A DNA stretch of 54,939 nucleotides from assembly GCA_015222065.1 (NCBI GenBank), contig JADFUQ010000311.1, forward strand, positions 1-54,939. The letters are read 5' to 3'. This document shows, piece after piece, positions 44,277 to 53,419 of the stretch (positions are counted from its first letter, which is position 1; each line of letters starts with the position of its first letter). The DNA comes from Bacteroidota bacterium (GTDB lineage Bacteria; Bacteroidota; Bacteroidia; Bacteroidales; VadinHA17). The translations under genes were made by a program, and so were the position numbers. The notes below the pieces were generated by a model. It searched no databases. It had not been told where the DNA came from and was given only the letters and a program-made list of their open reading frames with translations.

Positions 44277-45686
44277 TCAAATGTTTACCATCTTTCCACG
44301 TGCCAGGGAAGCAAAAATTCCACCTGTGCAAAGAAAGGTGAATATTAGAAATGAAATTTTCATTGCCTGCATAAAATCATCAAAATGATCCGGATTGATT
44401 TCAACTCTCCCCAGGAACAATGAAAACAGCATCATGGCTATACCCATGCTGAACATCTGTCCTACCATTCGCATAGTGCCAACTGATCCGGATGCAATAC
44501 CATAATATTTTCGTTCTACAGAGCTCATAATAGCGTTGGTGTTCGGAGAGGAAAAAAGGGCATAACCCATACCCAGTAAAACAAGGATTAACAAAAGAAC
44601 TGTAACAGATGTATTTTTATTAATAAACGTAAGCATAAACAAACCAAAAGCAGAGGCAGTCATTCCGGCAGATGCAAGAATTCTGGGTTGTATTTTGTCA
44701 GAGAGTTTACCGGTAAGAGGCGAGAAAACAGCCATAATCAATGGCTGGGCAACTAGTATAAAACCTGCTTCACGTGGCTGCAATCCTTTGATATACTGTA
44801 AATAGAGACTCAGCATAAAACCGACACCAAATGTAGCACTATAATGAATCAGAGCTGAAAGATTGGAGTAAGCAAAAACCCGGCTTCTGCTTAATAGTCT
44901 CATTTCAAATAATGGGTCTTCAGTACGAAATTCGTACCAGCCAAATAACAAAACAATTAATAATCCTGCTGAAATAAAAACATATCCGGTCCATCCGGGA
45001 AACTTTGAAAAGCCGTACATAATTGAGCATAAACCAAGTCCGTATAAAATCATTCCACGGACATCAAACTTTTCTCCTTTGGCATCCGACCATTCACCTT
45101 TTAACCGGTTTATTGTTATCCACAGGGTAATAAGTCCAAGAGGTACCATGATAAGAAAGATACTGCGCCATGAAAAATACTGGGTAAGAAGACCACCTAT
45201 TGTGGGACCGGCAGAAAGACCTGTATATACTGAAGCAACATTTATCCCCAGTGCCTTTCCCCGCTCTCCGGGAGGATATACAGATGTCAGAATGGCTACA
45301 GCAGTGCCAAATATCATTGCACTGCCCATTCCTTGTAATACCCTGAATGTAATTAATAAACCGGTATTGACAGAAATACCGCAAGCCAATGAGGAAATGG
45401 TAAAGCAAATGATGCCGTATGTAAAAATTTTTTTTCGACCGATGATATCACCAATACGCCCGAAAGGAAGGAGAAAAATTGCTGTAGTAAGGATATATGC
45501 ACTTGCAATCCAGTTAATTGAAATAGCGTCAGCATTAAAATCTTTTCCAATTGACGGTAGAGCAACATTTAATGCCGATCCCATAAAAGGAGTGAGAAAC
45601 GCGGCAAAAGTTGCAACAAATAATGCAGTTCTTCTCGCAATATTTTCCGGCTGCTTATGTACCTGTTTTTTCGGTAGATTCACCAT
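44277..45686 (-). CDS. MFS transporter, 14-TMS DHA2 (EmrB/QacA)-like
   Basis: 469 aa. GRIGDIIGRKKIF motif and about 14 hydrophobic segments. Confidence 0.85.
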   Translation of the reverse strand: MVNLPKKQVHKQPENIARRTALFVATFAAFLTPFMGSALNVALPSIGKDFNADAISINWIASAYILTTAIFLLPFGRIGDIIGRKKIFTYGIICFTISSLACGISVNTGLLITFRVLQGMGSAMIFGTAVAILTSVYPPGERGKALGINVASVYTGLSAGPTIGGLLTQYFSWRSIFLIMVPLGLITLWITINRLKGEWSDAKGEKFDVRGMILYGLGLCSIMYGFSKFPGWTGYVFISAGLLIVLLFGWYEFRTEDPLFEMRLLSRSRVFAYSNLSALIHYSATFGVGFMLSLYLQYIKGLQPREAGFILVAQPLIMAVFSPLTGKLSDKIQPRILASAGMTASAFGLFMLTFINKNTSVTVLLLILVLLGMGYALFSSPNTNAIMSSVERKYYGIASGSVGTMRMVGQMFSMGIAMMLFSLFLGRVEINPDHFDDFMQAMKISFLIFTFLCTGGIFASLARGKMVNI

Positions 45687-45795
45687 TTATTCATCTTTAA
45701 TAACTTTAGCCCCTTAACTTTAATTCACTTTAGTCACTCTTAATTTTAAACACATTAAACTTCTTCTCTTCCCAACTTTAGTCACTTATAACTTC
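45687..45795. repeat. G-poor array (CTTTAG/CTTAA words)
   Basis: 109 nt with 3 G, each inside a CTTTAG word. Confidence 0.75.
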
Positions 45796-46251
45796 TTAAA
45801 TATCTTTATTTTTTGAGTCGATAATAATAGTTACAGGACCATTATTGACCAGTGAGACCTGCATCAACGCCCCGAATTCACCTGTTTTTATTTTCTTCTC
45901 CAGGTAAAAGCCAAGTTTTTCTACAAATTTCTCATATAAAGGAATAGCAACATCCGGTCTGGCTGCTTTAATATAAGATGGCCTGTTTCCCTTTTTTGTT
46001 TTTGCATGAAGCGTAAACTGACTGATGACAAGTATCTCGTCATTAACATCAGCAACAGATAAATTCATTACACCATCTTTATCATCGAATATCCTTAACT
46101 GGATAATTTTTTTGCAAAGCCAGTTAATATCCTCTTCACCATCATCATTTTCAATACCAAGAAAAACAAGCAATCCTTGTCCGACAGAAGAATGGATTTT
46201 GTTCCGGATTTCAACGGTAGCACATTTAACTCTTTGTATTACAACACGCAT
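45796..46251 (-). CDS. dtd: D-aminoacyl-tRNA deacylase
   Basis: 151 aa. MRVVIQRV, SQFTL, NNGPVT. Confidence 0.92.
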   Translation of the reverse strand: MRVVIQRVKCATVEIRNKIHSSVGQGLLVFLGIENDDGEEDINWLCKKIIQLRIFDDKDGVMNLSVADVNDEILVISQFTLHAKTKKGNRPSYIKAARPDVAIPLYEKFVEKLGFYLEKKIKTGEFGALMQVSLVNNGPVTIIIDSKNKDI

Positions 46252-46503
46252 AGAAAAAATATTAGATTCTAGAAAGATATATTACATGCCCAAAACAGGA
46301 GAGAAAAGTTTCATAAGTTCCTTGATTTTGGCGAGTTTCAAAAATAATGAAAAAGAGCAAATGAAAAAAAAGAACATCAGAACTATGAGTAGATTACTAT
46401 TTTTTATTATCTTGATAACAATTTAGACAGGAACAAATTCTGCTTAATTCTTAATTTAGCTCTATAATACCATTTATTAATCAAAACAAAAAAATTTTTA
46501 ACT

Positions 46504-47559
46504 ATGAGCAACGAAAAATTTAGTTTACAGAAATTTATTGAGGATTCAAAAAGCGCTATTTTGAATCCCAAAGAGCATTTTACTACACTAAGTACTACTG
46601 GTGGCTTTGGCGAACCGGTAATTAAAGCAGTTATTTATGGGTTTATCGCCGGTGTTTTTGCTTTATTATGGAGTTTACTTAATATATCTGGCGGATTAGG
46701 GTTTGGGGGTTTATTTGGCGGAGCTGTTGGCATAATGGCTTTTATAGGTTCAATTATAGGTGCCCTTATTGGTCTGTTTTTAGGAGGAGTTATTGTTTTA
46801 ATTATTTCTGCTATTTGTAATGGATCAAATGATTATGAAGCAAATGTAAGAGTAGTAGCTGCGATGATGGTTCTTGCACCTATTAATGCTTTTTTGAATG
46901 TCTTTAATGGTATAAGTCCGGCACTTGGGGGTATAATTGGACTGATAGTAAACCTTTATGGGTTATGGATGCTATACCATGCACTTAACCAAACACTGAA
47001 GGCAAAAGAGGAAACGTCAAAAATAATTGCATTAGTTTTAGGGGCTTTAGTTTTGTTATTTGCAATTATTGGCTTTGGTACCCGAAAGAAATTGAATAAT
47101 TTGGGAAAAAGGTTTGGAGATTATGAAAATATCTCAAAAGAATATGAAAAAGCAGCAAAAAAAATGGCAGAAAACTATGAGGAAATAGCAAAAGAAATAG
47201 TAGAAAAAACTGAAGAAATGACAGATGAAATAACAGAAGCGTATGGAGATACTGAAGTGGATTATAAATTTGAAATGGCAAACGGGGAAACGGTGAAAAA
47301 AATTAATTCTATTTCAGTAACCATGGCATTGAAAAGCCTTGATGAAGACAATAACTTTGCAATACTCAGTAAAGGAGATTCATTTGTGCAAACTGCTATA
47401 GGAGAAGAGGGCTACATTGTTGAATACAGAGATGATTCGGGTTATTTCAGGAGTGTAGAAACGAATATAACTTATGAAAAGGCTGTAATTATGTTCATTG
47501 GATTTCTCAATGAAGATGATTCATGGAAAGAAATAACAGAATGGGAAACGGCGGAATGA
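46504..47559 (+). CDS. Yip1-domain membrane protein with extra acidic linker and C-terminal soluble domain
   Basis: 351 aa. The N-terminal ~195 aa form a 5-TM Yip1/DUF1282-like region. They are followed by an acidic helical linker and a ~100-aa globular tail (FVQTAIGEEGYIVEYRDDSGYF...). Confidence 0.65.
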   Translation: MSNEKFSLQKFIEDSKSAILNPKEHFTTLSTTGGFGEPVIKAVIYGFIAGVFALLWSLLNISGGLGFGGLFGGAVGIMAFIGSIIGALIGLFLGGVIVLIISAICNGSNDYEANVRVVAAMMVLAPINAFLNVFNGISPALGGIIGLIVNLYGLWMLYHALNQTLKAKEETSKIIALVLGALVLLFAIIGFGTRKKLNNLGKRFGDYENISKEYEKAAKKMAENYEEIAKEIVEKTEEMTDEITEAYGDTEVDYKFEMANGETVKKINSISVTMALKSLDEDNNFAILSKGDSFVQTAIGEEGYIVEYRDDSGYFRSVETNITYEKAVIMFIGFLNEDDSWKEITEWETAE

Positions 47560-47626
47560 TGGAATAGTGGAATGATGGAAGAATGGAAGAATGGGAAGAG
47601 TGAAGAATGTGATGCAGAATGGAGAA
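47539..47626. repeat. C-poor GGAAT word array
   Basis: gaatgggaaacggcggaatgatggaatagtggaatgatggaagaatggaagaatgggaagagtgaagaatgtgatgcagaatggag. Overlaps the last codons and the stop of the Yip1 gene. Confidence 0.85.
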
Positions 47627-47710
47627 CAAAGGATTCCATGAAACCATAGTTAACTTATGACTTTTAACATATAACGTATAACTCTTTGGAACAATGGGTA
47701 ATGGGATGCT

Positions 47711-47745
47711 GGATTCTCCAGTATTCCATAATTCCAGTATTCCAA
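47711..47745. repeat. G-poor ATTCC word array (complementary arm)
   Basis: ggattctccagtattccataattccagtattccaa. Confidence 0.75.
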
Positions 47746-47790
47746 AATAACTAAGTATTATCCTAAAAAACCATACTAATTATAGTCCGG

Positions 47791-48996
47791 TTACGTATCA
47801 GACGTCATTATAAAGAACGGCTTCATTTCAAAGCTATGATAATATGGACGAAGCCTTTTTATATTGTAAAAGGTATTAACATTCACAATTTTTTGTGTGC
47901 TTGTAACAAAATCAATAGGAACATTGTCATATCTTCCGTTTTTAAGAACTACAAGACGACCGTGAATGTTTTTCAGGATCAGATCGAACGCCAGATTGCC
48001 GTAAGCCATTGGGACAATAGAATCAAAAGCATCAGGATCACCACCACGTACCATATAACCGAGTTTCTGGGTAATAGTGCTAATGGCCTTACCTTTGTTG
48101 TATTTTGCAGAAAGATTTTTAAGCTCTACTGAAACAAGATCGCCGATACCACCAAGTTTGGCATGTCCGAAAGCATCTTTTTCACCATTTTCGAAAATCA
48201 TTTCCCCTCCTTCAAACATTGCTCCTTCTGAAACCAGAACAACAGCATATTTACTTGGATTATGATTGCGGTCTTCAACAAGAAGTTTTGTGAGGTTATT
48301 GATATCAAATTTATATTCCGGAATTACACAACGGTTGGCAGCGCCTGCCATAGTTGGTAACATAGCGGTAAAACCTGCATATCTGCCAAACACTTCCAAT
48401 ACTAAAAACCGTTCATGAGACCCGGCAGTGGTCCGCAGGCTGTTAGTCATTTGAATAGTTCTGGTCACACAAGTACTGAACCCTATACAATAATCGGTTC
48501 CGGGGACGTCATTATCCATAGTTTTCGGCATGGCGACAATCTTAATGCCTTCCTGGTATAGCCGCACTGCATAACTTAAAGTATCATCTCCGCCAATGGG
48601 TATCAGGTAATCAATCCCAAGCCACTCAAGATTTTTTATTACTTCAGGAGTAAGATCATTTATTTCCTTATTATATGTATCTGTTAAATGATCAGGTACC
48701 TCATCCTTTTTTAAATGACTTGGGCGGGTACGGGATGTATGAAGAAACGTGCCACCGGTTCTGCCTGCTTTATTAACAATGTCATCGGTAAGAATCATGT
48801 AAGAATTCTTATTATTTGCTTTTTTGTCGCGTACCAGCTCAATTATTCCCCTCCATCCTCTTCGTAAACCAATCACTTTATATCCTTCGCGGTTAGCACG
48901 GATTGTAATTGCACGAATTGCAGGGTTTAATCCGGGAACATCACCCCCCCCGGTAAGAATACCAATTACCCCATTTGTTTTTTTTATATTAACCAT
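47791..48996 (-). CDS. pfp: 6-phosphofructokinase, pyrophosphate-dependent type by signature residues
   Basis: 401 aa. GGGDVPGLN, PIGGDDT and MPKTMDND. Asp and Lys sit at the positions equivalent to E. coli PfkA Gly104 and Gly124. Confidence 0.8.
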   Translation of the reverse strand: MVNIKKTNGVIGILTGGGDVPGLNPAIRAITIRANREGYKVIGLRRGWRGIIELVRDKKANNKNSYMILTDDIVNKAGRTGGTFLHTSRTRPSHLKKDEVPDHLTDTYNKEINDLTPEVIKNLEWLGIDYLIPIGGDDTLSYAVRLYQEGIKIVAMPKTMDNDVPGTDYCIGFSTCVTRTIQMTNSLRTTAGSHERFLVLEVFGRYAGFTAMLPTMAGAANRCVIPEYKFDINNLTKLLVEDRNHNPSKYAVVLVSEGAMFEGGEMIFENGEKDAFGHAKLGGIGDLVSVELKNLSAKYNKGKAISTITQKLGYMVRGGDPDAFDSIVPMAYGNLAFDLILKNIHGRLVVLKNGRYDNVPIDFVTSTQKIVNVNTFYNIKRLRPYYHSFEMKPFFIMTSDT

Positions 48997-49101
48997 ATCT
49001 CAAAAAAAATTAATTTTTTTCTATAAAAATATAAACAACCAGTAAATGTATAAAAAGAAGTTGTATACGAAGGGCTAATTATCAAAATAGTTTATTGAAA
49101 T

Positions 49102-49731
49102 TCAAATTTTAATAAATTCCTCTTTATAATTGTTATTAGAATTCTTTATTTGCTTCAATCCTTTGTAAAATAAAACAATACCATTTATAATGCAAAATAA
49201 AAAAAACAGGAGATATAAAATAAGCAATATTATTTGCGAAAGTATAAACGTGCTTTGATATTTGGTTTCTGATTGTATAAGCTTAAGGTCCAGGTTACTT
49301 TTATTAAAAGTTTTCATCTTACCGATAAGCAAATTTGAACTCTCACGAAATAACGAATTAAGAGAATCAACCATTTTCTCATGAACAATTATTTCATTAT
49401 CATACATCATCCTGACAGAATCCAATAATTGTGTTTGACCCTGGGCTTTTACAAGCAGATTGCTCATTGCCTCATTGGTTTCATTCGATTTTACAATAGA
49501 ATTGTTCAATTGCCGGTTAAGCTCATCAACGTCATAACTAAGATCTTCCACCTCCCTGTTAATAAGGTCGTGGTTAATGGAATGGAATTTTTCTTTTGCT
49601 GTGATTTTACTTTTTATAGTCATTTGATCGAAACATGACGCTGATATCTTTTCGAGTTTATTTGGTAAATAGGTCATGCTGAAAATTATTAGCAAAAGTC
49701 CTGATACAGCAGCATAATTGAATTTTCTCAT
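49102..49731 (-). CDS. hypothetical bitopic membrane protein with coiled-coil region
   Basis: 209 aa. N-terminal signal/TM helix, helical middle, and a C-terminal TM helix (FILSQIILLILYLLFFLFCIINGIVLFY). Confidence 0.55.
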   Translation of the reverse strand: MRKFNYAAVSGLLLIIFSMTYLPNKLEKISASCFDQMTIKSKITAKEKFHSINHDLINREVEDLSYDVDELNRQLNNSIVKSNETNEAMSNLLVKAQGQTQLLDSVRMMYDNEIIVHEKMVDSLNSLFRESSNLLIGKMKTFNKSNLDLKLIQSETKYQSTFILSQIILLILYLLFFLFCIINGIVLFYKGLKQIKNSNNNYKEEFIKI

Positions 49732-49882
49732 TTTATTATTTTTAAAAAGCCAGTTTCCTGATTGTTCAAACTCTTTGGTTAGCGCGATATATCATTATGT
49801 TTGTTAGGATGCAAAAATAAGAAAAAGAAAACTATATCAATGAAATTTAAATACTAAGAGGTTAAAACAAGTAATTACAGTA

Positions 49883-52318
49883 TTAACTGCTAACTTCATA
49901 TTTCCTTTGATTATAATAAGCAAGAACAGCAAGAATAAAAATAAAAGCCAGGATATAATAAACAAGAGGGGGAATTGGAACAGGATCACCCCCTGCGTAG
50001 GAATGAAGTCCGCTGAGGTAATAATTTACGCCGAAATATGTCATAAGAATTGAGCTAAATCCAAGCAATGAAGCAAGATTAAATGCAAAAGTTTTTTTTA
50101 ATCCGGGGACAAATCTCATATGAAGGATGAATGTGTAAACAATAATAGAAATCAAGGTCCAGGTTTCTTTAGGGTCCCAACCCCAGTATCGTCCCCATGA
50201 TTCATTTGCCCATATAGCACCAAGCACTGTCCCTATTGTGAGCAAATAAACACCAACAATCATGGTTTGTTCAGTAATCGAGGTAAGTTCAGTAATCTTG
50301 TTTTCTATTGCATTGTGTTTTTTTTCTGTTTGAAGCAGGTATAATAAAAGGTTCAGAAAACCAAGTATTGCAGCAAGAGCCAGAAAGCCATAACTGGCAG
50401 TGATCAAAGAGACATGAAATGTTAGCCAGTACGATTTCAAAACAGGAACAAGATTTGTGATTTCAGGATTCATCCAGCTAAGATGCGCAACAAATAGAGC
50501 AAGTGCTGCAAGAACTGAAGTACCGGAAAAAATGATAGGTATTTTTCTGGCGAAAATAAAGCCTGCCAGCATGGTAACCCATGCTATATAGATCATGGAT
50601 TCAAATCCGTTGCTCCATGGGGCATGACCTGAAATATACCAGCGGAGTGCCAATCCTGAAGTATGCCCGATAAAACACAATATCAGCAAACCAATTATGA
50701 CTTTTGTTATTAAACCGGTTTTAAGGCTTGTATAGAGAATTTTTAAAACCATGATAATAAGTAGTAAAAGCCCCAAGAACAGATAAAACGGAAAAAGACG
50801 TTTAAACAAGTCGAGTTTATAATACAAGATCTCCAGTGAAATTTTAGTTTTTCCCGGATAAAGATGTCCGGCACTTTGCTTCTGATAATTTTTAATTGTT
50901 GTCAGTATATCATTTTTGTATCCAGCATTATCATTAGGGATGGTATTACGCAAGGACTGAATATAAAAACTGAAAATATTTTTCACAAAAACAGAATCCC
51001 GTCGGGGAATATAAGCAGGTACTTCCAATGGAGTAAACCATTTAAAATTTTCATCTTCGGTACCGGGAAAAATTTTAAGAAAACGGTTAGTATAAATCAT
51101 ATATGAGATATTCACCCTTTCATCAACAGAGATAATATCTTTATCAAACCTGGTTTTATCTGCCGGTCGTTTCTTAGAAGCTACATCTACATATGGAGTA
51201 AGCTTGTAGATACCACCTTTGTTTTTATCAATAAAATCGCGGTATGCAGCAATATTTCCCGATATTCCCAGAATTTTTGATATTTCAGGATTAGAAACTT
51301 TTATTAACGGGACTCCCTGCCAGAAAAATGGATTTGATAACATCCCCAAATAAACCTGATTAGGATCCAGTCCGTAAATCTTTTCCTTACCTGTGAGTTT
51401 TCTCAGGATATCAGATGTAAATGTATTAATTGGCTTGATTCTTCCTCCTTTATCCTGAATAAGAAGGGATCCGAATTGATTTGCATGGTTTTTTGATATT
51501 GTTTGATTTTCCCCGATATTAACATCCTGTCCACGGGCAAAATTACTGGCAGAGAAAAATAATAGCATTATTACAGGGATGGAATTTTTCAAAACGCCGG
51601 ATATTGTTTTTTTTACCTTTTTATTTGACATAAGATAAAAACGACTTTTTTTATTGAAGAGAGATAAAAACATACCAAGGGAAAGCAGAAAATAACCGGT
51701 ATAAGTAATAAAAATGCCAGGGCCGTCGTGATTCACAGATAAAATAGTTCCTTTTTCGTCATTATCGTAAGATGACTGATAAAACCGGTATCCATTGTAT
51801 TTTAGAATATGGTTCATATATATCCTGAATGGGATAGTTATATTTTCCTTGTGATCGAAAAGAATTACTTCGCTGGCATAGGATGAAGGACTCATTGATC
51901 CGGGGTATCTGTCAAGTACAAAATCTGATAATTTTAACTCAAAAGGAAGTATTATTGGTGTACCCTCTGAGATTATTATATTGTTTGTTTCACCTTCCCG
52001 GATATGCATTATTCCTTCAAAACCCAGATATCGGGTTATTGCAGCACCCAGCAGTATTATCAGGAATGCAATATGAAAAACAAAAACAGTAAGTTTGCCT
52101 TTTTTCCAGGATTTGTAACGAAATATTATCCCGGTAAGATTAAGAGCAAAAATCAACAAAAGCAGTTCGAACCAACGTGCTGCATATACTTTTTCCCTGG
52201 CTACATGTGATCCGAAATCATTTTCAATAAAAGTTGCCATTCCTGCTGAAACGGCAATCAGGACAAGTATAATTGCCATCAGTTTGTAAGAAAAGATATA
52301 ATCGACTATTTTTTTCAT
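49883..52318 (-). CDS. ccsBA: cytochrome c biogenesis system II fusion protein CcsBA (ResB-like + CcsA)
   Basis: 811 aa. ResB-like N-terminal part with a large periplasmic loop. CcsA part carries the WWD motif WGRYWGWDPKETW and conserved His residues. Confidence 0.85.
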   Translation of the reverse strand: MKKIVDYIFSYKLMAIILVLIAVSAGMATFIENDFGSHVAREKVYAARWFELLLLIFALNLTGIIFRYKSWKKGKLTVFVFHIAFLIILLGAAITRYLGFEGIMHIREGETNNIIISEGTPIILPFELKLSDFVLDRYPGSMSPSSYASEVILFDHKENITIPFRIYMNHILKYNGYRFYQSSYDNDEKGTILSVNHDGPGIFITYTGYFLLSLGMFLSLFNKKSRFYLMSNKKVKKTISGVLKNSIPVIMLLFFSASNFARGQDVNIGENQTISKNHANQFGSLLIQDKGGRIKPINTFTSDILRKLTGKEKIYGLDPNQVYLGMLSNPFFWQGVPLIKVSNPEISKILGISGNIAAYRDFIDKNKGGIYKLTPYVDVASKKRPADKTRFDKDIISVDERVNISYMIYTNRFLKIFPGTEDENFKWFTPLEVPAYIPRRDSVFVKNIFSFYIQSLRNTIPNDNAGYKNDILTTIKNYQKQSAGHLYPGKTKISLEILYYKLDLFKRLFPFYLFLGLLLLIIMVLKILYTSLKTGLITKVIIGLLILCFIGHTSGLALRWYISGHAPWSNGFESMIYIAWVTMLAGFIFARKIPIIFSGTSVLAALALFVAHLSWMNPEITNLVPVLKSYWLTFHVSLITASYGFLALAAILGFLNLLLYLLQTEKKHNAIENKITELTSITEQTMIVGVYLLTIGTVLGAIWANESWGRYWGWDPKETWTLISIIVYTFILHMRFVPGLKKTFAFNLASLLGFSSILMTYFGVNYYLSGLHSYAGGDPVPIPPLVYYILAFIFILAVLAYYNQRKYEVSS

Positions 52319-52353
52319 TATAGGTACATTTCGCGATTTAATTGAAACTTTTA

Positions 52354-53037
52354 TTAATGTTTAATCCTGTTTATCCACTTTAGTGCCTCTCTTTTGCTTA
52401 AAGGGGAGAGAGTAGTTGAATCAACAAATTCCGATACCCAGACAGGATTTGTTTTTGAATATTCCCGTAACACCCATCCTATTGCCTTACGGATAAAAAA
52501 TTCTTTTGAATCATGGCATTTAAGTATGTTTTGTTCAAGCAATTTTGTATCAAGATCATTTTTATACATAAGTTGAAACAACAGGGCGGTCCTGTTAAGC
52601 CATATATTTTCAGACGAGATCCATTTTTTGTTCATTTGTTCGATCAATCCGGGAAAGTTAAACAAGTGTTTGCCAACAAGATTAGCAGCAATAAAATCAA
52701 CAGTATCCCACCAGGATTTGTTAATGACAAGATATTCAAAAAGATGAATATCATTCTGAGCCATTTTTTTCAGCTCTTTTCCAATTAGTTCCATTGCAAA
52801 ATACTGAAATTCTCGTTCATCCATATCCCACAATTTCCTAACAATATTTTCAATGTTATTTACATCCGGCCGGTTATAGTTTTTAAAAAAAGAACTTGTT
52901 ATAGCCCTACGTTCAGGCGACTTTATACCCAGGAAGCTGAATTTATCCTTCATATACTTTTTCATGAAAAAAGCATTTTCGGGATTTGCATTTTCACGGT
53001 ATATATTTTCCAGAGCCGGTAAATTAAAACTTTCCAT
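52354..53037 (-). CDS. DNA alkylation repair protein (AlkD/AlkC-type HEAT-like repeat family)
   Basis: 227 aa. WWDTVD and FFIRKAIGWVLREYSK are typical of this family. Confidence 0.8.
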   Translation of the reverse strand: MESFNLPALENIYRENANPENAFFMKKYMKDKFSFLGIKSPERRAITSSFFKNYNRPDVNNIENIVRKLWDMDEREFQYFAMELIGKELKKMAQNDIHLFEYLVINKSWWDTVDFIAANLVGKHLFNFPGLIEQMNKKWISSENIWLNRTALLFQLMYKNDLDTKLLEQNILKCHDSKEFFIRKAIGWVLREYSKTNPVWVSEFVDSTTLSPLSKREALKWINRIKH

Positions 53038-53080
53038 AGTATGTTATTTATAGTTCTTCAGGATAATGCGTAGTTATTCT

Positions 53081-53122
53081 GGAACATTGGAAAACTGGAA
53101 TGTTGGAATAATGGAATAATGT
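53081..53122. repeat. C-poor GGAAT word array
   Basis: ggaacattggaaaactggaatgttggaataatggaataatgt. Confidence 0.8.
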
Positions 53123-53222
53123 AACATAAGTTTAAACGTAGGAATTCACCATTAATCCTTTTTAAGTTGTTAGAATGTATCATCCCAATTACTCTCATTC
53201 ATTTTCTTTTTGTGCTATTTTG

Positions 53223-53359
53223 TTCCTCTATTCCACTCTTCCATATTTCCATTATTCCACTCTTCGAATTCTAAACTTTTAAACTCTTCGACTTCTTCAC
53301 TCTTCCATCCTTCCAATATTCCACCATTCCATCATTCCACTCTTCTATATCTTTCATCT
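53223..53359. repeat. G-poor ATTCC/CTCTTC word array (complementary arm)
   Basis: 137 nt with 2 G. ccattattcc (53249-53258) is the exact complement of ggaataatgg (53105-53114). Confidence 0.85.
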
Positions 53360-53419
53360 GACACCTATTCATTTTCCGGATGAACCTTTTTTATTAATTA
53401 ACTCAAGTTCCATTTAAAA

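Noticed and set aside
45079-45717. 212-aa ORF antisense to the MFS transporter gene (and smaller ORFs at 45094-45408 and 45353-45568)
   Set aside because: These are shadow ORFs within a convincing 14-TMS transporter CDS and show no recognisable motifs.
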